Positions 36,628 through 49,900 of a DNA stretch of 63,755 bases are shown one piece after another (position 1 is the stretch's first letter; every line of letters starts with the position of its first letter). A model generated the notes under the pieces. The model was given only the letters and a program-made list of their open reading frames with translations, ran no database searches and had not been told where the DNA came from. The stretch is from an uncultured Clostridia bacterium (lineage in GTDB: Bacteria; Bacillota; Clostridia; Christensenellales; UBA1242), in assembly GCA_944377465.1 (NCBI GenBank), contig CALWFA010000002.1, positions 1 to 63,755 on the forward strand, given 5' to 3'. The translations under genes and the position numbers were made by a program.

Positions 36628-39261
36628 TTATGCTTTATCTAAGTCATGCAATTTTTCTTCTAAAGATTTTTTACTAGTCAGCAGATATTCGTATCGTGAT
36701 TTTTCTTTTTCGACTAACTGTTGTGGTGCGCGCGATACAAAATTAGGATTTAGGATTCTACTCTCTAATATTTTTATTTCTGAGTTGATTTTATCAATAT
36801 CCTTATTAATCTTTTCACGCTCTTTTTCAGTATCGAGTACTTCATTTTTATAAAAGTAGAATTCACCCAATTCGGATACAAACTTTATAAAATCGTTGCC
36901 GATAGAGTCTAAGACATCAATTTTTTCTATGTTTATCATCTTTGATAAGACGAGCTTTGCCTCATTTATAATGTTTATACTTTCGTCACTGATATTGCTC
37001 TTATCTATTACTAGAGAGATTCGTTTCGCTGGTGCTACATTGTAGCTAAGTCTAGTCTCTCTGATTTTTTGTATTAATGAAATGATCTTCTCGACCTTTT
37101 CTTTTTCTCTATCAAATTTACCTAGTGATTCGGCATAACTCTTATCTATAATAAGTTCATTTGTGAAATTTGAATAGATGTCTTCCGTGATGAAAGGAAT
37201 GATAGGGTGCAATAATTTCAAGATATTTAGATATACATCTTTCAGTATCGCACAGGCATTTGCTCTAATCTCTTTGTCTTCATTGTAGACATATGGCTTT
37301 GAAAATTCGATATAATAATTGCAGAAATCGTCCCACACGAATGAGTACATTTTATTTACTGCTTGGCAGATGTCTAGATTGTCGACTAATTTATTTATCT
37401 CAGTGATCGCTTCATCCAGCTTTGAATATATCCATTTATCAAACATATTTAGCTTGCTCTTATCTAATTTCGTCTCATATGTCTGACTGAGTACCAATTC
37501 TAAAAATTTACCTGAATTGAATACTTTATTGATGAATTTTCTATCTTCCAGTATCTTTTCTTCGCTAAATCTGAAATCATTTCCTGTACCGTTTCCAAAA
37601 AGCAGTGAGAGTCGTAGAGAATCAGCACCATATTTTTCGATTATTTCTATAGGATCGACACCGTTATTCGATGATTTACTCATCTTTTTGCCTTCGTCAT
37701 CGCGTACGATTCCGTTGATCAGTACTTTGCTAAATGGAGTCTTGTCCATAATCTTTTTAGAGAGCATCACCATTCTAGCGACCCAGAAAAAGATTATATC
37801 TTGAGCCGTCACTAGAGTAGAGGTAGGGAAGAATCTATTTAGATCAGCGGTGTCATCAGGATAGCCTAGCGTAGAGAATGGCCATAGTGCAGAGCTAAAC
37901 CATGTATCTAGCACATCTGGATCTTGCTCGATATGATCGCTTCCGCATTTTGAGCATTTTGAAGGAGCGCTCAGCTCTACCATACTATTCCCGCAATCTT
38001 TGCAATAATAAGCAGGAATTCTGTGTCCCCACCACAACTGTCTAGAGATACACCAGTCTTTGATATTTTCTAGCCAATTTCTATATATTTTTTCCACTCT
38101 TTTCGGTACTATCTCTAGCTCGCCATTATCCACTGCGTCTAGACCAAGTTTTGCCATCTCTTGCATGTTCATAAACCATTGTTTGCTCATCATTGGCTCG
38201 ATCGCATTGTGACATCTGTAGCAGGTTGCTTTCGGCAGACGATAAGGCTCTATTTTTTCGATCAAATCCAAAGATTTTAGATCGGCTACTAAAAGCTCTC
38301 TACATTTGTACCTATCTAGATTTGCATACTTTCCACAAAATTCATTCATCGTGCCATCTAGATTCATGATTTTGATAGGCTCGAAGCCGTGCCTTCTGCC
38401 GACTTCATAGTCGTTGAAATCATGTGCAGGTGTGATCTTTACTACACCAGTACCAAAATCTTTTTCTACATAATTATCAGAGATTATAGGTATCTTTTTA
38501 TTTATAATAGGTAAGACTACATACTTGCCAATCTTGTCTTTATATCGTTCGTCTTCCGGGTTGACCGCTACGCAGACATCACCGAATATGGTCTCTGGTC
38601 TAGTAGTGGCTACGACTAGGTATCCGCTGTCGTCAGCATAAGGGTAGCGAATGTACCACAGACTCGAGTCTTCGTCTATGTGCTCGACCTCAGCGTCTGA
38701 GAGTGCAGTCTTGCAAGTAGGGCACCAGTTTATCAACTTTTCACCACGGAAAATGTATCCCTCATCATACAATGACTTGAAGACATGCAAGACAGATTTT
38801 TGTCTCTGCTCGTCCATGGTGAAGGCGCATCGATCCCAATCACAGCTACAGCCGAGAGATTTTAATTGCAGTTTTATCCTGCCACCGTATTTATCATTCC
38901 ACTGCCAAGCACGGCGCAAAAATTCATCTCTACCCAGTTTTTCCTTTGATAGACCTTCTTTTTTTAGCGAGTCGATGATTTTTACTTCTGTAGCGATTGA
39001 TGCATGGTCTGTGCCTGGGATCCATAGAGTATTATACCCCTGCATACGCTTATATCTGATAAAAAAGTCCTGAGTGGTGTTATTCAAAGCGTGCCCGATG
39101 TGTAACTGACCTGTGATATTAGGTGGGGGCATGATGATAGTGTAATTTTCTTGATTAGAGTCTTTATGAAAATCTGAATAGGGTTTAAAGCACTTATTGT
39201 CTTCCCATTTTTTATAGATTAGACTTTCTTTTTTTTGAGGTTCATACGATTTGTCCAACAT
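36628..39261 (-). CDS. valS: valine--tRNA ligase
   Basis: 877 aa. HIGH motif (PNITGQLHIGHAL), KMSKS motif (GKKMSKSSNNG) and a C-terminal coiled coil. AAGGAGA SD. Confidence 0.97.
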   Translation of the reverse strand: MLDKSYEPQKKESLIYKKWEDNKCFKPYSDFHKDSNQENYTIIMPPPNITGQLHIGHALNNTTQDFFIRYKRMQGYNTLWIPGTDHASIATEVKIIDSLKKEGLSKEKLGRDEFLRRAWQWNDKYGGRIKLQLKSLGCSCDWDRCAFTMDEQRQKSVLHVFKSLYDEGYIFRGEKLINWCPTCKTALSDAEVEHIDEDSSLWYIRYPYADDSGYLVVATTRPETIFGDVCVAVNPEDERYKDKIGKYVVLPIINKKIPIISDNYVEKDFGTGVVKITPAHDFNDYEVGRRHGFEPIKIMNLDGTMNEFCGKYANLDRYKCRELLVADLKSLDLIEKIEPYRLPKATCYRCHNAIEPMMSKQWFMNMQEMAKLGLDAVDNGELEIVPKRVEKIYRNWLENIKDWCISRQLWWGHRIPAYYCKDCGNSMVELSAPSKCSKCGSDHIEQDPDVLDTWFSSALWPFSTLGYPDDTADLNRFFPTSTLVTAQDIIFFWVARMVMLSKKIMDKTPFSKVLINGIVRDDEGKKMSKSSNNGVDPIEIIEKYGADSLRLSLLFGNGTGNDFRFSEEKILEDRKFINKVFNSGKFLELVLSQTYETKLDKSKLNMFDKWIYSKLDEAITEINKLVDNLDICQAVNKMYSFVWDDFCNYYIEFSKPYVYNEDKEIRANACAILKDVYLNILKLLHPIIPFITEDIYSNFTNELIIDKSYAESLGKFDREKEKVEKIISLIQKIRETRLSYNVAPAKRISLVIDKSNISDESINIINEAKLVLSKMINIEKIDVLDSIGNDFIKFVSELGEFYFYKNEVLDTEKEREKINKDIDKINSEIKILESRILNPNFVSRAPQQLVEKEKSRYEYLLTSKKSLEEKLHDLDKA

Positions 39262-39512
39262 ATTTTCTCCTTAAAATAAAAAAACTTGCAAAATGCAAGG
39301 ACGAATATATCGTGGTACCACCTTACTTCGAGCAAAGTCGCTCCTCATTTCAAACTGACGTATCTTCTCAACTACGCGGACGCTCTACTATTCTTCCTCG
39401 TCCGAACTCGTTTGCTACCTTCGCAAATAACCTTCCTAAATTGCTCTCAGCCTATGGCAATTTTCTCTTTAAGGCGTTTAGATGCTACTCCTCAAACTTA
39501 TATATCGTTTCT
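39262..39512 (-). promoter_or_regulatory. T-box leader (tRNA-Val-responsive) of valS
   Basis: The minus strand carries the T-box sequence AAGGTGGTACCACG (39311-39324), then a CTTGC-N5-GCAAG hairpin plus T7 (39278-39300) just upstream of the SD. The candidate specifier is GUU followed by A (39429-39431). The terminator stem is short, so the mechanism is less certain than the identity. Confidence 0.8.
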
Positions 39513-39519
39513 CGATTTC

Positions 39520-39548
39520 ATGTTAGCATATATTTTAGAATATGTCAA
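39520..39548 (-). promoter_or_regulatory. sigma-70-type promoter of the valS T-box leader
   Basis: The minus strand reads TTGACA-17nt-(TGc)TAACAT. Confidence 0.5.
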
Positions 39549-39716
39549 CTATTATTATGCTCTCTTTTTTATTTTAATTTGACAAAGCTATCACAATGTG
39601 ATACTATCTAATAAGTGAATGAATATAAGGTTTATGCAATGAATGGAATATAAAAATATCATTCTAGTCAAAGCAGAAATTATGATAATTAAAAGTAGTG
39701 CTAGTGATTAGATAAA

Positions 39717-39741
39717 TAAAAAAACGGCGTTGAGCCGTCTT
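39717..39741 (-). terminator. orphan minus-strand intrinsic terminator
   Basis: ACGGC-N5-GCCGT hairpin followed by a T7 run on the minus strand. There is no minus-strand ORF upstream of it. Confidence 0.45.
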
Positions 39742-39769
39742 GTCTTTAGTACTTCTTTTGTATATAAAT

Positions 39770-39798
39770 AGTATAACATAAACCTGTAATGAAGTCAA
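39770..39798 (-). promoter_or_regulatory. orphan minus-strand promoter-like element
   Basis: The minus strand reads TTGACT-17nt-TATACT and points toward the orphan terminator ~30 nt downstream. It overlaps the rsmA leader. Confidence 0.35.
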
Positions 39799-39827
39799 TA
39801 AGAATTTAAAAATTAAGGAGAAAATTT

Positions 39828-40685
39828 TTGAAAAAGCAAGAAATAACCACAAAAAATAGTATAAATCACACTAAATCTATCAAAAATTTAGATAATTTAA
39901 AGAAAAATGACATAAATTATAAAAAATCATTAGGTCAAAATTTTATATATGATACAAACTTGCTAAATGCTATAGTAAGCGATGCGGACATTCATGACGA
40001 TGATGTCGTATTAGAGATAGGAGCAGGAGCAGGGACTCTCACATCAATACTCGCTAGCAGAGCCAGTCGGGTGATATCTTTTGAGATAGATAGATCTTTG
40101 TCAGAGATTTTAAACGATGTAAAAAATCGCCATGCAAATGTAGAATTTTATTTTCAAGATTTTATGGAATGTGATATAGACGAGTTGCCATTTGAGAGAG
40201 CAAAAGTCGTAGCCAATATACCGTATTATATCACGACTCCTATCGTATTCAAACTGATAGATAAGATTGAAAAATTTGACATGATAATGTTGCTAGTCCA
40301 AAAAGAAGTGGCGGAGCGTTTTGCCTCTTCAAACGGGAGCAAAGAATATGGTATCACTAGTGTCATATTGCAGTCATTATTCGATGTGAAAATTACTAGA
40401 GTAGTACGAAAGGAAGCCTTCACCCCTATGCCAAAAATAGATAGCGCAGTCGTAAAAATGGTGCCGCATAAAAAATATAATATTACTAATTTCGACGAAT
40501 TTAGAGCCTTCATCCATCAGTCATTCTCAATGAGACGAAAGACTTTAGTGAATAATCTAAAATCAAAATATGATAAAGAAATTATACTAAATTCGCTTAA
40601 GAGTCTAAATCTAAATGAAAATATTCGTCCAGAGCAAATAAGTGTAAAAGAATATGTGTTACTTTTCGATATGTTAAAAAATTAA
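39828..40685 (+). CDS. rsmA: 16S rRNA (adenine1518/1519-N6)-dimethyltransferase
   Basis: 285 aa. TTG start 7 nt after the AAGGAG SD. Motifs SLGQNFI, EIGAGAGTLT and VANIPYYITTPI. Confidence 0.93.
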   Translation: MKKQEITTKNSINHTKSIKNLDNLKKNDINYKKSLGQNFIYDTNLLNAIVSDADIHDDDVVLEIGAGAGTLTSILASRASRVISFEIDRSLSEILNDVKNRHANVEFYFQDFMECDIDELPFERAKVVANIPYYITTPIVFKLIDKIEKFDMIMLLVQKEVAERFASSNGSKEYGITSVILQSLFDVKITRVVRKEAFTPMPKIDSAVVKMVPHKKYNITNFDEFRAFIHQSFSMRRKTLVNNLKSKYDKEIILNSLKSLNLNENIRPEQISVKEYVLLFDMLKN

Positions 40686-40700
40686 AAAATATTTATGATA

Positions 40701-40734
40701 ATACTGAAAAATGAGTGATTTTTCGGTATTTTTT
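40701..40734 (+). terminator. probable intrinsic terminator after rsmA
   Basis: ATACTGAAAAAT-N5-ATTTTTCGGTAT hairpin (one G-U pair) followed by a T-run. The stem is AT-rich. Confidence 0.5.
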
Positions 40735-40844
40735 ATTATATTTACATAAAATTTATATGATTTTCAATTTATTTCCATTTTACATTAGTGAAGATTTTAT
40801 TATTTTCAGATAAACGCTTTTCGAAAAATTGTTTTTTGTTTCGT

Positions 40845-40873
40845 TTGACAGTTGCCTTTCAAAAATATATAAT
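40845..40873 (+). promoter_or_regulatory. sigma-70-type promoter of the giant gene
   Basis: TTGACA (40845-40850), 17 nt, TATAAT (40868-40873). Confidence 0.6.
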
Positions 40874-40937
40874 TATTTTGTAATATTTTGTAGATAATAA
40901 CACTAGAGAAAAATTTTCAGTATTTAGGTAGGGGAAA

Positions 40938-43900
40938 ATGAAGAAAAAAATATTTGCGATTATTGGTATTGTGCTTGCTTCCGTACTTGTATTTGCAGGT
41001 GCGGTTTTTGGCATCATGGCATTAATGGGAAAATTTGATGAGCCTGAAGTATATCCTGTAAGGCTCCAGTTTGAAAACAATGAGCAGACTATCGTGTATG
41101 ATTCTGCAAATCCTGACTTTAGATACTCGTTCGTCCTCAATGGATATTCGGACAGCGAGTATGAGGTGAATAGGAAAAATTGTTATATCTATTTTGAAGA
41201 TGGGAGCAATCTCATTACTTTGTACAATGCCGATGGAGTGAGACTAGAGGCTAATGACCATAATAGGTATTTAGTAGAATGTAATGAGCCTATCTATTAC
41301 ACTGTCAATGAGGTGACAGAGACCGACTTTGCTGATGAGAATTATGGCAGAGTAGTCATAAATGCCCGTGATGAAAAAGACCATGTGCAATCTTCTAATC
41401 TACTTACCATATGGATAGATAGAGAAGTGAAAGATGTGATGCTCGACTATTCAAATGCGATCTTTAATTCTACCAACGATAGCCAAGAGCTTACTATCGG
41501 CACGAATGTGAATCTTGATTTCATCTTTACCTCTGATCCTATTCGTTCCCTTGACCCTATCAGCCGTGAGTCAGATGGAAAGATCGTAGAGCTATACTTT
41601 GTGGGCACACAGAATAATCTAGAATCAGATTATGTATTGATCGATGAAGATAGTATCAATAATGAAGAAGTATTTTCTAAATATAATTATCCTATTAGAT
41701 ATAATGAGGCTACAAATACATATTCATTCATGAGCGATATAGACGGCACATATCTATTCAGAATCGCGGTATTCCCTACATTCCAAGCCCGAGAGGATTA
41801 CTTGAATAGCGCATATGCTGGCACGGACTCAAATAGCGAGCGAGTAAATAAAATGGTCAATACATTATTGACTATTAGAGTGGTCAATTCAGATATATCA
41901 AATGTCCAAATGCAACCAACCAGTAGTGCGGGAGTAGGTCTAAACTTGTATTCAGACAATAACTATATCACACTTAGCGGTACTACCGACATAGAAGGCG
42001 CTAATAATAACAATCTTGATCTAAGAATGTACAAGGATAGTGAGACCACGACCATTCGATTTAACGAAGTGGACTTTGATATCTCGCAGTCGACTAATTG
42101 GCAATCGAACAATATTGAATTTACTTCTACAAGTGATACAGAATACCCAAAGACGATCAATCTAGACTTTAGTGGAAATACTGCTTCTGTCAGATTGACG
42201 AACTTTGGCACTCTCGACGGCGAATACAATAATATTAGTATCGCGAGAGAAGATGAAGATACCTGCATTTTGACTATCGCAGGGATAGCTGATTCTTTCA
42301 CTATCAATCTCTCTACCTCGTCCGCTCCACAAATCAATCTGGATGATCGTCAGCTGATACACAGCATCTCTTATGCTAATGAGACACTCATAAGTTCGAA
42401 TGGGGCAGCCTTTATCGACTATGATGGTGTGACATACGGAATGCAGGTGCTTATGAGTGGTAGCTATCTCGAATTTTATACATTGTCAGGTTCTACCTTG
42501 ACAAAAGTCAGCGCTGATCAATTTGATTATGAAGTGTCAGATCCGTTTGGTACAGCAGAGCAAAAGAGCTGGAATGTGATAGCAAAATCAATGCCTAATA
42601 TATTAGAGACAGAAGACTTGGTGTTAGGTATTTTAGTCGTGAATAACTCTGGTGGAAGTATTGGAAACGGCATATTCTTTAGTAGTGTAAATGTAAGGGT
42701 AAATATACAAAATCTAGATACTGATTATACAAACAATGACGGAAGTAGGACATATAATCTAGGTGTGACCTATGACGAAGAAAATAATTATACCGCAGTG
42801 TATCCAGAGCTAGATTTTGATGACATTATCACGATTAATAGTGGTACATATGATGCGTGTGTATTCCTTACACCTGAGCAGACGGTCGATGAATATCGTA
42901 TTGATGTGATAGAGGGATTGGTATTCGTCGATGCGAATGGCAATCGCTATGTGCTAGTGGGATATTTCGAGGATGACCACTTTGTAAATCAAGTGCGAGT
43001 ACGCGACATGGGTGCGAATAATGTCGAGCGAACGGACAAGAGCCCAGATACGAATATTTACTTGCTACAGCTCAGGAATGGATATCAGCAGACCGCAGGC
43101 GACTATATCGATATGATCGTAGCGAATAATCAGCTAGATTTAGGATATCTGACTAGTGGTAGTGACGGAATATCTAGATATGAAAAGCTATTAGGAAATC
43201 TCAATAATCCTGAAGATGTGAATGTCATAGCAGATGTGGTGTCTAGCTATCTAAATTCTACCGAAGCCATTACTATTAGTATAAACTATCAGCTCGTAGA
43301 CGAGATCGAATACACTTTTGATACAGATGCTTATCTGACGATCTATAATAATAGAATAGAAGTAGTAGAGGGTACATCTGATCATCACCTCACAATATCA
43401 AGTGACATCACGAATATGTTACGCGATATTTATAATGTGGGGGGCTTCTCGTTAGATAGTGTCAGAGTATATATGTACAATGCACAAGGCACACGAGTAG
43501 AAGCGGACAATATTACTATAAATGACATCACCTTGACCGATGACGGAGACATTAGACTCTCGTTTAATACAAACTCTGCTACGACAGATAGATATTTTAA
43601 GATAGCACTTAGTTATAATGGAGTGGAGATTGTATCTGATCTGCCGATCTATGTCATGAGTACTAGTGCGACAGATGTAGATTTCGTCATCGTAGGTCAA
43701 GATGGAGAAGTGAGCTCAGTCGATCTACAGTCGTCTAGTGCAGAAGCGCTGAATGCAGATACTTATTTCAAAGTGATCATAGGTTATGACGCAGAGTCTC
43801 GACAGTACACTTATAAATATCAGTTCATCAATGGTGATAATGTCGTAGATATTTCATCAGATGTCTTTAATTCTCAATCTGCACAGCTCGAAAATGAAGA

Positions 43901-46900
43901 GACAGGCTTTAAAGTATTGCCTGCATATATGGATATATATAAGAATATAGATTATTCTACTATTGACTCATCTATAGCGCATTTTACAGAGACTAATGTA
44001 GAGGGTGTCGATATATATGATCTACTGATCACAGAGTCGGGGTCGACGGTCATAGAGATCTCTACCGATGCTATCAGAAGATATGTAAAATTAGTAGTCG
44101 AGCCAGAAACAGTAGAGGGAGAGAATAGCTTTACATTTGAGAAAACAAGCAATGTGCTAGGAGACAATGGTGTATATACTATCAGGACTAGCAACCAAAG
44201 CATAAATTTGAATACATATTTTACTTATTCATACGGCAATACGCAGATTAGCACGAATTCTAGCTTTATTAGATTAGATTCATCATCTATAGATTATACA
44301 TATTTTGGTGGCAATAAAGAGTTGACCTTAGTGACAGAAGAAAATGGTGATTTCAAGTTCGTTACGACCGATGAAAATGAAGATGTGCTCACGATAGCTA
44401 GTGGTGCGAACACATGGACTATCACGAGAAATAGCTATAGATATTCTGCTCTGACTATAGTGCTGACACTGAATACTGCTACGAATGGCAGTGTCGAGCT
44501 CACTATCGAATTTACCTCAGATACAGAGATTAACTTCAATGATGAATGGACGGATTACAATTATTACCAAGGCACGACAGCACTACTATATTCAGTCAAT
44601 GACGAAGTAAATGATCCTATATTTATAGTGAATACTACGAATACAGGTAATACGATCACAGCTACGCTAGATAGTAAGCCGGCTGATTCAAATGCTGAGA
44701 TTAGCCAAGATTCTACTAGATATTTGATCACTTTTGACAAGGTCGGAAATTATACTTTCTCATTCTCTAGCAACGGGTCTAATATCGCTAGCTTTACGCT
44801 ACGCGTATTACCAAATGTGGTAGGTGAATTTGCAGATTCAGACATCAATGAATTGATCAGCGATGAGACAGGTCGAAATATATCCGAATTAATTACCTTA
44901 AAGTCATATAATACACAAGGTGTAGTGTATGGTATTGATGGGCTATATACTAGCGATAGATTGATCGATGCAGATAGCGAAAAATATCAAAATGTAGATT
45001 TCACTTCTAATGCGGAGAGTAGTCTACTGACAAAGACGAATCCTACTGATGCGACTTATAATATTGGCTGGATTACAAACTTAGGTGAGTCTATCGTCGA
45101 AAATATCACTTTCACATATACAGAAGACGATATGACCATAAATCTGATCTCTCGTGATGTTACTATAAGTAATAAATACGAATTGATATTTGATACTACT
45201 GCAACAGATGAAAATGGAAATCAATATTATCAAGATGGCGTATTCACCATTATGGCTCAAAAAGTCTATAATAACTTTGCACATTTGAATTCTGCAGGAA
45301 GTAGTCTAATCATCAATTCTTTCTCAATGATTTGGGAAAATGGCGATTCACAGATATACTTCGAGAATATTGGAGTCGATCAATTCTCTCTAAAAAGATT
45401 CATAAATCAAGATTACAATGAGGCAGAGATTTTATTTACCTTCAATGTGGTAGGTAAAGGTGATCTAAAATATAACACAGCTACGAATGAAGATTACACC
45501 TTTAGATTAATGCCATATTTACCAAATGAGACCCTCATGGTACTAGCTTATTCGGAGCGCTCTTTTGACCTGATGTTAGGTGTGTTTGATATATTCTCAT
45601 TAAATAATGGCTATATCACCTCTATGTTGGTGTCAGGAGTAAGTGACGAAACATTCTTTGACATAGTGCCAGAAGGATCAGGATATGTCAGCGGAAATAG
45701 CGATCATAGAGCGATGACCACTATTCAGTCACTCAGCGGTAGAAATAGCGTAGATGTGACAGTGACTTATACTATCTCATATTCGGACGGCTCTACCTAC
45801 GATTATGAAAAAGTCATTACGATCTATAACAATCAGGAGATATTGATCAGTTATCCATTCGTGGATTCAGTGCAACAGACTGGAGCTACGACCAATAATT
45901 TCGTTTTACTGGACACGGATAGTTCTGCTGTGGATACCAGAGAGCTAGATGCTAGCAATCTGAATGCAAATTTTGAGAATACCACTAGCTCAGGAGAACA
46001 GGTATACTCTATAGCGATCAATGGTGAAGCGTATTACGAACCTGTGCGTATGGGTCAAACTATAGATTTTGATTATGATTCTATATATGGCTTGACTCGT
46101 GCAGAGCTGACTCGTAGGACTTATGGTAGTGATGAGCTAGACTACACTATATCATTAGTAGGATATCAAGATCGACCAAATGTCCGCTCGTATTTGTCAA
46201 ATATTGTCATAGATAATAGTGAAAAGACGATCACATTTGCGACAGATAATAGCTATGGTTTCACCTACGGATATTATATTTTCAAACTCTTATCTAATGG
46301 CTCAGGCTGTGTGTCATATTACTTTGTATATCTATATAATCAAAACAATTCACCATATTCGAATGTTGATGCAAATTCGCAATATAAATATGACTATGTC
46401 TTCACAGCCGATGACAATATAGAGATTTTAGATGGAAATGAGCTCTTAGGCGAAGCTTTGAATAGTGACATATTTAGTACATATTTCAATATATCATCTT
46501 CAATCAATGCTACTACAGATATCGACTTTTATCTCATTGGATTAGACGAGATGAATGAAGGAGAGGCAAAGGCTCAAAATAGCACAGATTCCACAGTCGT
46601 AGATTTACAAGACCTGCTATATCACAATATTGAGAATTACATTTTACAGCCATGTAAGAATTATACTACATTGAAGATTGGGCTTGTATATTATGTGGGC
46701 ACTGCTCAGATTTTCATTGGCTCGATATATGTGTATATTGCCCCTATTTATCAAGAACAAATAAGATTAGATTCTGGACTTACACCATATTCAGAGTATA
46801 TTGATGGCAATAGCATCTACAATGGAGAATATAAAGTAGATATACAGAAATCTGCTAGCACAAATGAATATGAAAATCCATTTAGTGGGATAAGTACTCG

Positions 46901-49900
46901 TGCAGATTCTACCTCAGTCTCGGGTGGGACATGGACAGCTAGGATCATAGGAGATACCACAGGCGTGATAGGATTAGCAAATAATTCTACCACACTAGAG
47001 CTGCAAAACTATGTGCTAGATGAAGATCTAGATTTCATCGTTGAATATACATATTCATTCGATGATATAGACTTTGTCCTATATGTTCATTATACATATA
47101 AGGCGGTGTCTCTAAATGTAAGGCAGTCTATTAGCGTAGGTCAGTTTAACTCTGGCGATGGCTCATTCAACAACACTTATGGACTAAAAGATCTCATTGG
47201 TACCACATCTACTTATGAGGGAGAAGTGACGATCGCTACTAGTGGCACAGGCAATAGCATGACTATCAATCTAGCAGACAATTCACTCACGGGCTCTAAT
47301 CCGATAAGTTTTGGCATTGGTAGTTTGTCATTTAGCAATGGCAATCTAGTATTTTCTCAGACTACTCAGTCATACACTAGTCAGTTTACGATCACATTCA
47401 ATGACTTGGCTAGCAGTCTAGGTGAAGTATCGTATAATGTGACAGTGACGGTAGGTAGTGGCTTGTATTACACATTTGAAGGCGAAGGCGCGAATGCAAA
47501 TAATCGTGACCTCAGCGAAATTACTGCTGGCGATCTATATAATCAAGAGATCGGTAGCAGTATATCGCTCGTAAAATCTCAGACCATAGCTAATAGCACT
47601 CACTATTCTATAGGTGGACTCGACATCTATACTAATGTGGATAGCGAGCTGGAGTTCACTTTCTCTGAGCCTGAATATATCATAGACGGAGATCAATCAT
47701 TCACAGCCAGTGATAGTATCGACTTTGTACATAGTGCTAGTGCGCACAATATCACTATGACTATCCGCGTGAAGAGTGGAAACAACTACTTTACAGCGAA
47801 TGATAATGCGTCTAGCTTTACCTACTATGCGACTATTGTCCAGACATATCAAAATATTGTCGCGAACTATTATGTGGCAGGAGCGGATCATGAGAATGTG
47901 AGGAGCAATGAGACGATCAGTGATCTCCATTCTAATCTATTTGGAAGCATTACTGCAAATGTGACAGATGTAGCAGATACTAGTGATATGAATATCATCA
48001 ACGCTAGGAGAATTGCTCTACAGATAGGCGTGGATAATATCATTACGAATTTCAATTATGAAGCTATGGGCTTTGATGATCAAAATAATCCAAACTATAT
48101 CTATATGCAGGGAAGCAATGTATCATTGTCTAGTAGTGCAGGTGTATATAATGTCACATTCAATCCTGTAGAGGTGAATACTCCTGTGTACATTGATCTA
48201 AATAATAAGACAGGGGCTACTACTCGATACACATATCAGGTAATGTCGAGTACGGAATATACCGACGGACTAGAGATTAATGAGCAAAATACGGGTCTAA
48301 TCAATAGTGATATGACTCAATATATCTCATTCGTCATCAATGATCCTTCTCAAAATATTTCATTGAATTATACTAATGAAGATATAGCGACACTGATGGA
48401 CGGTAGAAATTCGGTATTCTATATCACAGACTTTACCGCATACCTAAATGCTAACACTACCGCATTGTCGAGTGGAAACATACAGGTAAGCAAGAGTCTA
48501 GATGAAGAAAATGCCACTACTACATATACATTCAATATAGATATTGATCCTACTACGGATGTAAACAATGTCACATTTACCATTACTCTCGGTGCGGGTA
48601 GAGTGTTTGATATTAGTTTAAGTCGTGGTACAAACACTTCATTATTTGAAAGTCTAAGACTACGCATGACTATGTACGGCGATAGTGGTAATCTCATCAC
48701 ATATGGAGATGCAGATTCTACTAGATCTTTAGAAATCGTATTCTTTAATTACAATATCTCTTCTACTACTTCTACTACGCGAGATAGCATATATGCGACG
48801 AATTCTATCTATTTAGATGAAGAGATCAATATATATTCAAATACTGATACAGCTGAGGATAAGACAAATCATTTAGATACTGCTACATTGATCACTGGTG
48901 ATATGTCGACTGAAAATGTAAGTACCTATTATATAGGAAATAATTCAGCGCAGGCGATTAGTAGTGATGACAATAATATCTTTACATATTTCCTTACCAC
49001 GAGCACAGGGAAGAATGTGATCCAGACTAAAGCAGTGGGCGAGACGGCGACTGTAGATCTCAGATTTAAGATAGAAATCTCGCTAGCAGGCAATAATTAC
49101 AGCCTCGGAATAGTCGAATACAATTTTTATCTACAGCCGAATTATAAATTCGTTATCAATAACGAAGCAGTCACTAATATAGACAACGAAGTTACTACGA
49201 ATTATATCCTTACGAATAAAATTACGGATACATATAGCAATGATCTAGATTACTATGAAGATCTGACTGATACATATGATAGTAACGGTACTAATATATC
49301 TAATGTCTTCTATCACTTTGATTTAAATCTACAGCTAAGGACGGCGGATGATGATATTCAGATCACTGACAATAATTTCCGCATAGAGATCGAAGGCTCT
49401 CAATGGGGATCAGATTATGTAGAAATACTTAATAATAACACCATTCATTTCAAACGCGATTTCACAGGCGAACTGGTGCTGAGCGTGAAAGTGGATCGAG
49501 GAGTGAATGGAGTGTATGAGATGATATGGATCATCAATGTTCGCGGATATATTAATCTATCATACAAGACGGGCTCGAATGGACAAAATGCGATATATTC
49601 AAATAATTCACCTGGTGGATATGCGTCATATTCGACAGTCAATACTGTGGGTATATCTTCAGCTTTAGATTCTACTGGTATCTTGTCGAGCAACACCTTC
49701 ACCGCGCTGAATGGAGTCAGCCTTCTACCAGCAGGTCAGATAGAGATAACTGTCGACTATGCTATCAACGAATATTCAAACACGATAGATGTGACTTCGA
49801 TCACGAATTTCGCTAGTATGTCTACTGAAGAAATGGAGAATTTAGACGACTACGAAAATACCCTAACATTGCAGCTACCTAGCGTAGAGCAGTCAGCTGG

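Noticed and set aside
39286-39611. Two ~98-aa plus-strand ORFs upstream of valS.
   Set aside because: They lie antisense to a T-box leader with the canonical GGTGGTACCACG box and terminator. There are no translation signals, and the composition is not protein-like.
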